NCBI GenBank assembly: GCA_964016885.1
Contig: OZ024742.1
Location: 62,000,001-62,064,000 of the forward strand
Direction: 5' to 3'
Length of the DNA: 64,000 nucleotides
Source of the DNA: Eledone cirrhosa
Lineage: Eukaryota
Shown here: positions 11,459 to 24,698 of the stretch, in pieces
How positions within the stretch are numbered: the stretch's first letter is position 1
How the letters are laid out: every line of letters begins with the position of its first letter
Position numbers and translations under genes: made by a program
Notes under the pieces: generated by a model
The model's database searches: none
What the model was told of the DNA's origin: nothing
What the model saw: the letters and a program-made list of their open reading frames with translations, nothing else

Positions 11459-11872
11459 TCATCATCCGTTCTTCCACGCTAGCATGGGTTAGACAGGTTG
11501 TCCTGTTGTGGGCAGTGTCCGGTCAGCTGACCTTGTCTTGCTCATACGGGAACTGATTCTGGCTTGATTTCTACAGCTGAATGCCTTTCCTAACACCAAC
11601 CTCATTTACAGTGAATGCTGGGTCCTTATTTTCCGTGGCGCCTACACGTCCACTTTACAGTGTGGGCTGGGTGCGTTTTTTGCCGTAGCATCTCCATGAC
11701 CACTTTGCAGTGGAATGATAGGGACCCCAGTCCTATCATCTCATTAAGTAAACTGGAGCAATGTGAAATAAAGTGTCTATCTCAAGGAAATAACACATCA
11801 CCCGGTCCAAGTATTGAACTCACAACCTTTCGATTGCAAGCCGAATGCTCTAACCACTAAGCCATGTACCTT

Positions 11873-11873
<1 letters not shown>
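11459..11873 (-). mobile_element. CORE-type SINE carrying the RTE-A 3'UTR and RTE-A tail
   Basis: tRNA-like head at the 11873 end; body and tail colinear with 4865-5120. Confidence 0.85.
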
Positions 11874-11921
<48 letters not shown>

Positions 11922-12000
11922 GGTGTTGGATGCTTAAAACGTCCGTATGCGGTCGGCCATATCTTTTTTTCTGTGATATATATATATATATATATATATA

Positions 12001-12786
12001 CTAGCAGCAGTACCCAGCATTGCCTGGGTAGGTAAAATAATATCTGCTTTGATGAAAAGGTGTTGATCTTAGCGACTGCTTCTCGATGACTCATCTATGG
12101 CCACACACAGGCCATGCGGGGAAGGGTGGTGATGACCCCTATCGACTGACGAAGGGGCATGCTGGGGGGAGGGGGGTTCGAATTTGAACGAAATCAGTTG
12201 AAAAATGTGGGAGCTAGAGCCGAAAAGGCGGAAATTTGAGCGAAAAGGTGATATTTTCGAATATTTAAGCGGCTGCCCCGCCGTTCCTGAACAAAAAATC
12301 CCAAATGTAAAGGCACTTTAAGACGTGAAATAATCAGATCTAGCGTAGTGTAAAATTTGAACAAAGTAGGTTGATTAATGTGGGACCTAGAGCCGAAAAA
12401 GTGGAAATTTGAGTCAAAGTGGTATTTTTGAATATTTAAGCGGCTGCCACGCCGGCCCTGAACAACAAATGCAAAATATAAAGCCATTACAGGATGTACA
12501 ATGATAAATTCTATTTTATTTTAAAATTTGAACGAAATCGGTGGCAAAATGTGGGAGCTAGAGCCAAAAATCTTATTTTTCGATACCTAAAAATAGGTGA
12601 CCCCCCTATCAATTTTTATCTGCAGAATGACCCCGGAATAAAAAAACGATACAGATATATAGAAAACACTCCCCGATGACTAATCTACGTGCCTGTTAAG
12701 TTTCATGAAAATCAGCCGTAAGATGTAGGCCCCTATAGGTAATACACAGACATACTTAATTTTATATATATATATATATATACAGA
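12001..12786 (-). mobile_element. Non-autonomous Helitron-like element
   Basis: 3' CTAG terminus with subterminal hairpin acccagcattgcctgggt; internal ~150-bp tandem duplication; 5' end approximate. Confidence 0.65.
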
Positions 12787-12802
12787 TATACATACATACA
12801 TA

Positions 12803-13411
12803 CATCATCATCATCACCGTTTTACGTCCGTTCTTCCACGCTAGCATGGGTATATAGTGCAGAGCAATAAAGATAGACGGTAGTCACGGAATAGGCAGAC
12901 CTAGAAAAACCTGGGACGAGCTGATAAACTCCGACATCACACACTTACACCTCTCCAAGACAATGTCACTGGACCGAGACCTTTGGCGGTACTCAGTAAC
13001 AGAGAAGACCCGCCTTACCTAAATATATAGTAAAACCTACTCCAGCCAGTAGGCATCTCTAACAAAATACACCCCGTCCCACCACCACCACCCCATCCAC
13101 ACCACCCCGTTCTATGTAAAGTTATGTTGGTGCCGCGCCATCCAGGCCGAAACAAATGAGATCGTGTAGGTGTCACGACAAAAAAAAACACACAGTCCAC
13201 GCTGTAATGTGGCCGTGTAGGCAACACGGTAAAAACCTCCCAGACCCACACTGTAAATGTGGTTGGTGTTAGGAAGGGCATCCAACTGTAGAAAACCTGC
13301 CAGACAGTCCTATGCGAGCAAGACAATCACTCTTGCCTCAAGTGGGACTACCCCCGTCCAAACCCATGCAAGCGTGGAACACGGACGTTAAACGTTGATG
13401 ATGATGATGAT
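12803..13411. mobile_element. Head-to-head pair: RTE-A tail (minus, 12803-12850) + RTE-B 3' fragment (plus, 12856-13411)
   Basis: (CAT)n on the left, (GAT)n on the right, joined by tatat. Confidence 0.88.
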
Positions 13412-13559
13412 ATATATATATATATATACATACACACATACATACACATATATACATATAAAAATGAATATATATATTTATAAACACATATATTCTCTTT
13501 TTATATTTGCCCAGCTTATTTTCTTAGCATGGAGTGATCGACATCTTTCATAAATTTTT

Positions 13560-13830
13560 CTTCACCACTTGTTTCTGTTGCCAGCCTCCACTTCTTCGAC
13601 GTGAAGGCCAATATCAAGTTGCAATACCGAGTCTTTGGCAGAGTCCTTGAAATGTTTCTTTGGTTTTTGCTGAGGGTTTTTCCATCATCCAGCTGTCTGT
13701 AAGGTATCTACTTAGGGAATACGGGTATCGTCCAGTATTATCAGATGCTCTGCCCAGCGAAGGCAGTCCCTGTATATAAAAGCTTCTATACTGAATATAT
13801 CAGCTTGTTCCAGTACCTCTGTGTCAGTAA
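13560..13830 (-). mobile_element. Old RTE (BovB-like) 3' remnant
   Basis: Reverse strand gives LRWAEHL..LDDTRIP; degenerate. Confidence 0.5.
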
Positions 13831-13918
13831 TGAGGAGGACAAATGAAAAAGAAAACAGAAGAAAGAAGGAAAAAAAATATGAATGAAAATTGAATTGGAA
13901 AAGTTATTCAAAGAATAC

Positions 13919-14042
13919 CTTTATTTCCAGTGCCATAGTAAGCTCCAAGAACGACCAGGTCAGCTGTGTCTGCCATACTGCCTTGTTCAAGATAATCCTT
14001 CTTCACTTTTAACCAGTGTCTCTTGCCTGGTTCATAAATACT
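13919..14042 (-). CDS. LIG3: LIG3 coding exon 15 (motif V, start of OB fold); gene continues beyond the left edge
   Basis: gtcattag / gtattc; [41 protein letters not shown]; the next expected exon (GMMSxFLMG...) was not found in 1-13918. Confidence 0.96.
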
Positions 14043-14134
14043 CTAATGACACAAAAGAAAAAAATAAACAATGTGATATATCATTGCTGAAGGTTAGCTT
14101 CATAGCAACAGATTTTACTTGAAGAAAAAGGCAC

Positions 14135-14302
14135 AGCTAGAGATGTATGGTTAAGAAGTTTGCTTCGCAACAACATGGTTTCTGGTTCTACCCCACTGTG
14201 TGACACCCTACTTGAGAAAGTGCCTTTCTACTATTGCCTCAGATTCACCAATGCCTTGTGAATGAATTTGATTGACAGAAACTGTGAAAAAGCCTGCCAT
14301 GT
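14135..14302 (+). mobile_element. Old tRNA-derived SINE (related remnants at 51940-52095 and 17670-17735, minus)
   Basis: Decayed A/B boxes tggttaagaag...ggttcta, CORE-like segment. Confidence 0.55.
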
Positions 14303-14389
14303 CTATGTGTGTGTATGAATGCATGTATGTGCATGTTTAACCATATGCAACTTCATGAGCACAACAAATGAGATTTGCAACAACTGCGT

Positions 14390-17300
14390 AAACAACAATA
14401 ACACTAATCTTGTTAGGGCTGCGCACGGTAGTGGGGTGGCTGGTGCGGCCATGTGCGAGAAACCCCGAGGTGTTGAGAGAGAAACTGTGTTTAAGAGGGA
14501 TAAGTTGTAGTGTGCGGGAGAGAAGGCATGTGGATGTGTGCAAGAGGTGAGATGGAGAGATGCCTCTGCAAGACTAATTGCAGGCAAACATCTTAGTTAT
14601 AAGCTTTTCTGGGTGGGTAATGATGATGGGTTAGGTGGGGTAGGCATATTACTGGCTGAGAGATGGATCAATAAGACAATAGAGGTAGTTAAAGTTAGTA
14701 ATAGAATAATTAAGCTCAGATTAGTTGTAGGCAAGAGACTACTGACAATTATCTCTGCCTATGCTCCCCAGGCAGGCCTAGGTAAAGAAGAGAAAGACTG
14801 CTTTTATGAGCAACTTTTACAAACAGCCTCAATGACAGAGGACAGAGACATCATTATGCTAGCAGGGGACTTCAATGGTCATGTTGGACAGCTCCAGGAT
14901 GGATACACTGGGGTACATGGTGGGCACTGTTACAGCTCAAGAAATGAAGGAGTGAGGCTTCTTGAATTTTGAGATGCAAGTGCACTAACCATTTGCAACA
15001 CTAACTTCCAGAAGCCTACCAACCACCTAATAACATACAAATCAGGCGAGTACAGAAGCCAGATTGACTTCCTGCTAGTTAGACAGCGAGACAGACAGAT
15101 GGTGTCAAATACTAAGGCATACCCCAGGGAAGAATGTTCCCCACAGCATAGGTTAGTCGTTAGTGACATCTCAGTAAGCAAGCAATGGAATGAGACATAC
15201 AGGAAGGTGTGGAGAAGAAAGGTCTGGAAGCTAAAAGACCTTTCATTAAAATATAAATTTAGGAAAGCCCTTCAAGATGTGTATGACGAAAAAGAAGACT
15301 ATTTAGATTTGTATGACATAGATGATAACTGGAATTTCTTGCGTGACAACTTACTGCAGGCTACTGATGAAACTTGTGGCTGGGGCAGAGCTTCAACCAG
15401 ACAGAGAGTGACCTGGTGGTGGAACAGCACGGTAGATAGGACCATTAGAGACAAAAGTCTGGCATGGAAGGCTTGGAAAGAGTAGAGAAGGATACAAAGC
15501 CGTTAAGAGAAAAGCTAGACGTCAGGTGTACTTAGCACGCAGGGAGGCTGAGAGTAGGAGGTTTGCCAATGTTCTGCGATGGGAAGATCAGAGACGTGCG
15601 GTGTTCCACATTGCAAGGCAGTGTGTCAGTGCAAATCAGGATGTTCTAGAAGATAAGTGTGTTCGGAATGATGCCAGTGTACTTAGTGTCACGAATGATA
15701 AAAAAAAAGGAGGCCTGGAAATGTCATTATAAGAGACTGATGAATGTGGAGAACGAATGGGAGAGAGAGAAATTACCCCCAGTAGAGCCGACAGAGGGAC
15801 CAGCTATTAAGATTGACTAATATAGGGTACAAGAGGCAATTAAAGAAATGAAGAATGGTAAGGCGGCCGGACCATAGGGGATAGTTGCTGTAGTGCTGAA
15901 GGCATCAGGAGAAGTAGGCACTAAACTGGTTGCACGCATCATCAATCAAGCTATATATATGGTGGTGTAATACCCAAAGACTGGTGCAGCAGTATTCTCA
16001 TAAATTGCTACAAAGGTAAAGGGGATGTTCTGGGGAGGAGCAATTATAGGGGCATAAAGCTGATGGATCAGGTTATGAAAGTGGCAGAGAGAATGTTAGC
16101 GCAACTGATTAGAGAAAGGGTCAAATTAGATGAGATGTAGTTTAGTTTTGTGCCTCGGAAAAGTACAACAGATGCCTTCTTCTTACTGAGGCAACTACAA
16201 GAGAGGTTCTTAGAGAAGAATAAGCCACTATACTTAGCTTTTGTTGACCTAGAGAAGGCCTTTGATAGGGTACCCCCAATCTGTTATCTGGTGGTCCTTA
16301 AGGAAAGTAGGTGTAGAGTTGTGAGGACAGTGCAAGCTATGTACAGGAGTGCTGTCAGTAAAGTGAGAGTAGGAATGGAGTTTAGTGAGGAATTCCAGAT
16401 ACAAGTAGGTGTACATCAGCCCCCTCTTGTTCATTATAGTCCTCCAAGCCATAACAGAGGAGTGTAAGACTGGATGCCCATGGAAACTTCTCTATGCTGA
16501 TGATCTGGTTCTCATATCAGAATTAGTAGAGGAGCTAGAGAATAAATTCTGGCTATGGAAACAGCTTTGGAATCAAGAGGACAGAGTGAACATAGCTAAG
16601 ACAAAAGTGTTGATATGTAGAAGAGAGGACAATACTCTGATTCCATCAGGGAAATGGCCATGTTTGACATGTAGGAAAGGAATTGGCGTAAATTCCATAA
16701 AATGTATGCAATGCAGATCTTGAGTACAAAAGAGATGTAGTGGGATAGCAGGCAAACTAACAGGTAGGGAAAACTTCATATGCAGTAGATGTACAGGGAA
16801 AGTTGGCAGTAGTAATCGCAGTGATAGGCACATTTTTACAATGCAGGCGGGTTCTATAAAAGTGGTTGATAGCTTCCGGTACCTAGGTGATCAGATTAGC
16901 ATGGGAGGGGGGTGTTCCGAGGCCATAGTATCTAGAATAAGGACAGATTGGAAGAAGTTTAGGGAGCTGCTTCCTCTGTTGACAAAGAAGGGTTTCTCCC
17001 TGCATACAAAAGGATGGTTATATGATGCCTGTGTGAGATGCATGATGCTGCATGGTAGTGAGACATGGGCAGCAACTGCAGAGGATATGCGATGGCTGGA
17101 GAGAAATGAAGAAAGTATACTCCGTTGGATGTGCAATGTCAATGTATGTCAACGACCGAACATGGAGGTGTTAAGAGAGAAACTGTGTTTAAGAGGGATA
17201 AGTTGTAGTGTGCGGGAGAGAAGATTGCGATGGTACGGATATGTGATGCACATGGAGGATGACTGCTGGGTAAAGAAATGCCAAGAAATCCCAGTAGAAG

Positions 17301-17470
17301 GAAGACGCAGTAGAGGGAGACCATGGGCAGAGGTGGTGAGAGCAGACCTCAGATCGCTGAAACTCACGGAGGTGATGACGAAGGGCCGTGACAAGTGGAG
17401 AGATGCTGGGCTGAATAGGACCCGTCCCACCCTTGCAAGCAGAGAAAAGCGGACATATGATGATGATGAT
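14390..17470 (+). pseudogene. Near full-length but disrupted RTE subfamily C LINE
   Basis: Successive ORF fragments 14538-17485 colinear with APE-RT-PHD; many stops and frameshifts; (GAT)n tail. Confidence 0.93.
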
Positions 17471-17884
17471 GTTGGCAATGTTTAAAGTAAGCAATGACAT
17501 GACACCCCCTAACTCAGCACTTTCATACACTCAGCGTGGGATCGTATTTTCCACTTCAGTACTGACTGGTGTGTGACATATTCAACCCTTGATAGCAGGG
17601 AAAACAGACATTTGATGATGAATATTATATCTGTGTATTACACACACATACATACATACAACGGGATTCCAGTAGAAGATACTTGCCCAAGACTCAAAAC
17701 AACATATGAAACAAACTCCTTAACCACATACCCATAACTTCACCTATACCTAAATTTTATGAACAATCTCCACAGCCCTAATTTTAAGACATTAACTAAA
17801 ATAAAAAATTGTTTTAAAAAGAGAAATCATTCTTTAAAAAAACATACTATCTATACAGGTTGCAACAGTATATAAGTTGTGTCT

Positions 17885-18352
17885 CCATTGTATGAGAAGT
17901 GCAATGCTGCATGGTAGTGAAACATAGACAGTGAGCGCACTGATATGTGAAGGCTGAAGAGAAATGAAGCATGCTTCAATGGATGTACATGAACGACAAG
18001 GCATAGATGAACTGAGAGAGAAACTGGGTGTAAGAGGAATCAGATGTGGTGTGCAAGAATGGGGATTGCAATGGTATGGATATGTGATGTGCATGGATGA
18101 TGATTGCTGGGTGAAAAAGAACCAAGAAATTCCAATGGATGGAAGCCATAATAGTGAAAGACCAAGGAAGTTGCAGTAGTAGAAGACCAAGGAAGAACTG
18201 AGCAGAGGTGGTGAGGGCTAATCTTAAATCACTGAAGCTCTCAGAGGAGATGATGAAAAAATACAATGATTGGAGAGATGCCGAAAAAGACCTGCCTAAC
18301 TCATGAAAGCATGGAACAGCAGGCGTAAAATGGTGGAGATGAGGATGATGGT
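17885..18352 (+). mobile_element. Older RTE-C-like 3' remnant
   Basis: MLHGSET, LQWYGYV, RPRK and decayed tail. Confidence 0.8.
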
Positions 18353-18840
18353 GTTGATAATTCTTGGCTCAGTACTTGATTTGCATTGAAGTTTTGTAGG
18401 TCCAGTAGATTACGTTGCATGCTGGTTTTGTAGAAAAAATATGCTTATATACAAAGACATATATGACAAGCATTTTAAGGCCATTTTCCCTGCCAAAGCA
18501 GCAGTTAAACTACTCTTGCAGGGCTACATGACTGATTTCACATTCATTGTAGGGTCTTTTTGAGGAAGTGTTTTACAACTCGATGCCCTTCCTAATGCCA
18601 ACCCTTTTGGTTGCCACTTGCGACATGCAGATATATAGTGTATCTATTCAAAACTCAATACACATAGCAGTTATGTACAATTATACACACTAATAATTTT
18701 TTATGAAATTTTATTAAAAAGACACCTTGTTTGTGGAATCCCAGAATTATTTTCAAGGAGCACAGGATACCCTCAGGACACACTTTTGGAAACTATTGGT
18801 CTAAAAGGTGAAAGAGAAGTAAAAATACAAATTGTCTTAC

Positions 18841-18918
18841 TTTTATATGTTTCAAGACAAGTCCTTCTAATCCTTCTCGGAAGACTTTTGTCATCAAAGA
18901 CTGGAGATCTGCTGGTTC
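18841..18918 (-). CDS. LIG3: LIG3 coding exon 14
   Basis: cctttag / gtaaga; EPADLQSLMTKVFREGLEGLVLKHIK (motif IV). Confidence 0.95.
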
Positions 18919-19040
18919 CTAAAGGAAAAGATGGAAAAAAAGAATGGAAAATTTCAAGATGAATGAGAGAGGGAAAACAGCTACATTTGTAGGTTAATAA
19001 CAAGATTATATGTGTGTGTGTGTGTGTATATGTATGTATA

Positions 19041-19109
<69 letters not shown>

Positions 19110-19279
19110 ATACCGCCGGTAATAGCATTATGAACAGGTAGATATTTAAATTATTGTTTAATGTTTGTTTGTTCTGCTCATCAATTTTTATATGTGTGTA
19201 TATATATATATATGTACACACATATATATATATATATACACACATATATATATATATATACATACACACATATATATAT

Positions 19280-19340
<61 letters not shown>

Positions 19341-19353
19341 CACACACATATAT

Positions 19354-19698
19354 TTTCATTTCATTTTATCATTTCATTTTACGTCCGCTTTTCCCTGCTT
19401 GCAAGGGTGGGACGGGAACTGATTCTGGCATGATTTCTACAGCTGGATGCCCTTCCTAACACCAACCTCATTTACAGTGAGTGCTGGGTGCTTTTTGCCG
19501 TGGCACCTCCACGACCACTTTGCAGTGGAATGATAGGGACCCCAGTCCCTATCATCTCATTTCTACAGCTGAGTAAACTGGAGCAATGCGAAATAAAGTC
19601 TCTTGCTCAAGGAAACAACACATCACCCGGTCTGAGAATTGAACTCACAACCTTTCGATTGCAAGGCCAATGCTCTAACTACTAAGCCATGTGCCTCC
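19354..19698 (-). mobile_element. Chimeric CORE-type SINE (RTE-A UTR unit + RTE-C tail)
   Basis: Near-identical to 40433-40779 and 42884-43192. Confidence 0.88.
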
Positions 19699-20818
<1,120 letters not shown>

Positions 20819-21546
20819 AGATATACGCAGACTAGAGAGGAACGAAGCTTGCATGCTCCGCTGGATGTGTAACAGTAATATACGTGAACGGCAAAGCATA
20901 AACGAACTAAGGAAAAAATTAGAGATAAGAGGGATCAGATGTTGTTTACTCGAGAGAAGGCTGCGTTGGTATGGACACGTGATGCGCATGAAAGTCGATA
21001 GCTGTATAACAAAGTGCAGGGCAATAAAGATAGACGGTAGCCACGGAATAGGCAGACCTAGAAAAACATGGGATGAGCTGATAAACTCCGACCTCACACA
21101 CTTACACCTCTCCAAGACAATGTCACTGGACCGAGACCTTTGGCGGTACTCAGTAACAGAGAAGACCCGCCTTGCCAGTAGGCATCTCTAACAAAATACA
21201 CCCCGTCCCGCCACCACCCCCACCCCATCCACACCACCCCGTTCTATGTAAAGTTATGTTGGTGCCGCGCCATCCAGGCCGAAACAAATGAGATCGTGTA
21301 GGTGTCACGACAAAAAAACACACAGTCCACGCTGTAATGTGGCCGTGTAGGCAACACGGTAAAAACCTCCCAGACCCACACTGTAAATGTGGTTAGTGTT
21401 AGGAAGGGCATCCAACTGTAGAAAACCTGCCAGACAGTCCTATGCGAGCAAGACAATCACTCTTGCCTCAAGTGGGACTACCCCCGTCCAAACCCATGCA
21501 AGCGTGGAACACGGACGTTAAACGTTGATGATGATGATGATGATGA
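20819..21546 (+). mobile_element. Young RTE-B 3' fragment
   Basis: [11 protein letters not shown]...[13 protein letters not shown], (GAT)n; near-identical to 41917-42581. Confidence 0.93.
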
Positions 21547-21556
21547 TATATATATA

Positions 21557-21658
<102 letters not shown>

Positions 21659-21746
21659 CGTGTGTATATATATATATATATGTGTGTGTATATATATATA
21701 TATGTGTGTGTGTATCATCATCATCATCATCATATATATATATATA

Positions 21747-21777
<31 letters not shown>

Positions 21778-21864
21778 GTGTGTATATATATATATATATT
21801 TATATGTGTGTATATATATATATATATATGTGTGTGTGTATATATATATATATATGTGTGTATA

Positions 21865-21911
<47 letters not shown>

Positions 21912-21997
21912 TTTCACTCCTCACGTGTACTCTAAGAATGTAACCCCCGCGAATACCGGTGGACAACTGTCTATATATATATATATATATATATATG

Positions 21998-22257
21998 ATC
22001 ATCATCTTCGTTTAACATCCAAAAGTGCCCCCCAGGCCATACTGTAAAGTAGTTGTGTAGGTGTCACAACAAAAACCACGCAGTACACACTGTAAATATG
22101 GTTGGCATTAGGAAGGGCATCCAGCCGTAAAAACCAAGCCTGAACCAGTTCTGTATGAGCAACACACGGACACCTGATATGACTTGTCTCACAACAGGAC
22201 AACTTGTCTAACCCATGTTAGCATGGAAAAATGGACGTTAAACTGTGATGATGAGGA
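21998..22257. mobile_element. Head-to-head RTE tail (minus, ~24 nt) + RTE 3'UTR/tail (plus)
   Basis: atcatcatcttcgtttaacatcca joined to a UTR ending ggacgttaaactgtgatgatga. Confidence 0.7.
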
Positions 22258-22445
22258 TCTTAATATATATATATATTACATGACTAACTTCCTCACAGTT
22301 GCTGTTGTTGTCTACCAAATTTCATTGGTCAGCTCAAGACATTTGTCCAAAGTGCAAGGTAGCTCAACTGATCCCAACTATGCGGACACCTGCACCTTTC
22401 ATATCAATAGATCAACTAAAATAGCAAAATTGGCAGAAAACTTAC

Positions 22446-22533
22446 TGAAATAAACTTTGTCTCTGAAAACATGATGCGATTCTGTATCTCAATCATGTTG
22501 TCTTCTAAGATCTTTCTCCGTTTCTTAATTGAA
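22446..22533 (-). CDS. LIG3: LIG3 coding exon 13
   Basis: ctttcag / gtaagt; (F)SIKKRRKILEDNMIEIQNRIMFSETKFIS. Confidence 0.94.
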
Positions 22534-22588
22534 CTGAAAGAAATAATGGAGAAATATATATATATATATATATATGATAAAGTTATAT

Positions 22589-23137
22589 TTAATTTGTTGG
22601 TATGTCAACATTTATAAAACAAATTTTATCTGATGAAAGCGCACCAAAATTCGCCTTGGTTGCCCTTGAAATATCTTTATCTTTATATATTTAAAAGCGA
22701 GGATGTGTGTGTGTCTGTGTACAACTTGGCATGCATAAGGCTTTCACAATTACCAACTGAATTTGACCAAATTTTCTGTGCACGTTGCACAGCTCGCTAA
22801 GATTGTCACATCACAAACGTTTTTCAAATCGACCCACGTTGAGCAATAAAAAATCGATATCAAAATTATCGGTAGAAAAATTGATGTAAGGGAGATAAAC
22901 TTTATTGACAATCCTTATAAAAAAGGGAGATAACCTTTTCACCAAATATATTCGTTTGAATTAATTATTGAAGATTTCTGCTTATTTTGACAGGTTGGGG
23001 ACAAATAATGTTCTTTTACTTGCTAGCTGTATATTCTTAGCATAATTTCAAACCCCGAGCAACGCCGGGTAAATCTGCTAGTATATAATAAAATAATTAT
23101 GGTTTTATAAATACAGTTTCCATTTATTAATATATTG
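22589..23137 (+). ncRNA. Duplication-flanked ~140-nt hammerhead mini-element interrupted by a Helitron
   Basis: CTGATGA at 22630, GAAA at 22668; removing 22674-23081 restores TATATA-TA-ataaaat; flanking (ta)n-gataaagttatat duplication. Confidence 0.72.
22674..23081 (+). mobile_element. Non-autonomous Helitron
   Basis: A|TC start, CTAG|T end, subterminal hairpin cccgagcaacgccggg, (GT)n near the 5' end. Confidence 0.8.
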
Positions 23138-23479
23138 TATATATATATATATGATAAAGTTATATCTGTATAAATATATGTGTGTTTGTGTGTATGTATA
23201 TATGTACGTTTACATGTGTGTATATATGTACGTTTACATGTGTGTATATATGTATAGGTGTGTGTGTGTTAACTAGATACATATAGTATCTGACTGAACC
23301 ATAAACTAAACAAAGATAATTACTAAGACATAGTAACTGGTTAGAGGGTTTAGTACAGGATCTGGGATGCAAGACAGAGAGATTGCTGTGTAAAAAATTA
23401 TCCTTGATGGATAAGAGGCATGTAACTAGCTAGTTTGCTGCTGCTGTTTCAGTTTGTTGTCATTCACCCAATCAATGAT

Positions 23480-24570
23480 CAGTTTCCAGGGCCTACCACA
23501 GTGAGGTCAACAAACTTCATAATGGAGTCCCTCAAGGTTCGGTACTATCCCACATGCTCTTCAACCTGTACATCAGTGACATATCTCCAAACAGAATCAT
23601 GACAGTATGTGATACAGATTACCTCACCTTCTCCACTCTGACAGAGTCTGGAGTAATGTAGAGAGCATAGTAACAGCAGACATGACCCAAAACCTAGAGT
23701 TTGAAGCTGAGCATGGCAAAGACAACCACCATGGCATTCCACCTAAATACCAAGGTCAATCACCAGCTCACTGTTAACCTCGATAGCCCCTCCCCCCGCC
23801 TCATATAACGCCACATCAAACTATCATGGAGTGAAACTGGACCTACAGATAGTATCTCAAGTCCTTACGTGCAAAGGTGTTCACAAAAAACAACATTCTA
23901 CATCACCTTGCAGGCTCATCATGGGTTGTTGGCACATCCACCCTATGTACCAGTGCCCTAGCCTTGGTCTAGTGCTGCAGAGTATGCCTCCTCTGTATGG
24001 TGCAGGAGCTCCAGTACTAAAAAGCTAGATACAGCCCTGAACAACACCTTAAAGCTCATCACAGGATATCTCCATCCTACACCAACTAAATATCAAACTG
24101 TCCTCTCAGGCATTCATCCCACACCCCTTAATAGAGGGCATCAGGCATGCAGGTTGATAACCAAGGCCTCAATAGACCCAAGTCATCCACTCCATGTTAA
24201 GGATTTTCAGTTACTATACCAGTCCCACTTGATGTCACGCTGCCCTTTCTCTTGTCACACCGCGAAACTGCGAAATTCATATTTCAATATACTTCAGATG
24301 TGGAGAGATAGCTGGCAACAGACATCTCAACCAACCTAACTGAATGTCAACTGCAATACAGCCCCAGGGAGTGGGTGTCTCTGAATCAACTACGTACAGG
24401 TGTTGGCCAATTCAATGCAGCTTGCCAGAGGAGACTGCAGAACACACACTGAATTAGTGCCCGGATTTCTGCCCACCTGAGTTAGGACCTCACACACCCT
24501 AATCCTACTAGTGAGAGCTGGTTGTAGTGCCTAAGGGATGTCACGTGATTGTCTCATATGAAAGAAGAGC
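23480..24570 (+). mobile_element. Degenerate Ingi/Vingi-like LINE remnant
   Basis: NGVPQGSVLS.MLFNLYISDI; AEYASSVWCRSSSTKKLDTALNNTLKLITG.LHPTPT; clade assignment from memory of motifs. Confidence 0.55.
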
Positions 24571-24618
24571 TGACTAGTTGAGGGGAAGAAAGGCCATGCT
24601 GTAATAGTTTATACTTAC

Positions 24619-24698
24619 AATTCCATCAGGTTTTCTCCGTTCAGATACAGGCAGTCAAACACAAATAGACAAACATTTGCATCCTTGAATGCTGCTTT
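24619..24698 (-). CDS. LIG3: LIG3 coding exon 12
   Basis: cccacag / gtaagt; KAAFKDANVCLFVFDCLYLNGENLME (motif IIIa). Confidence 0.96.
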
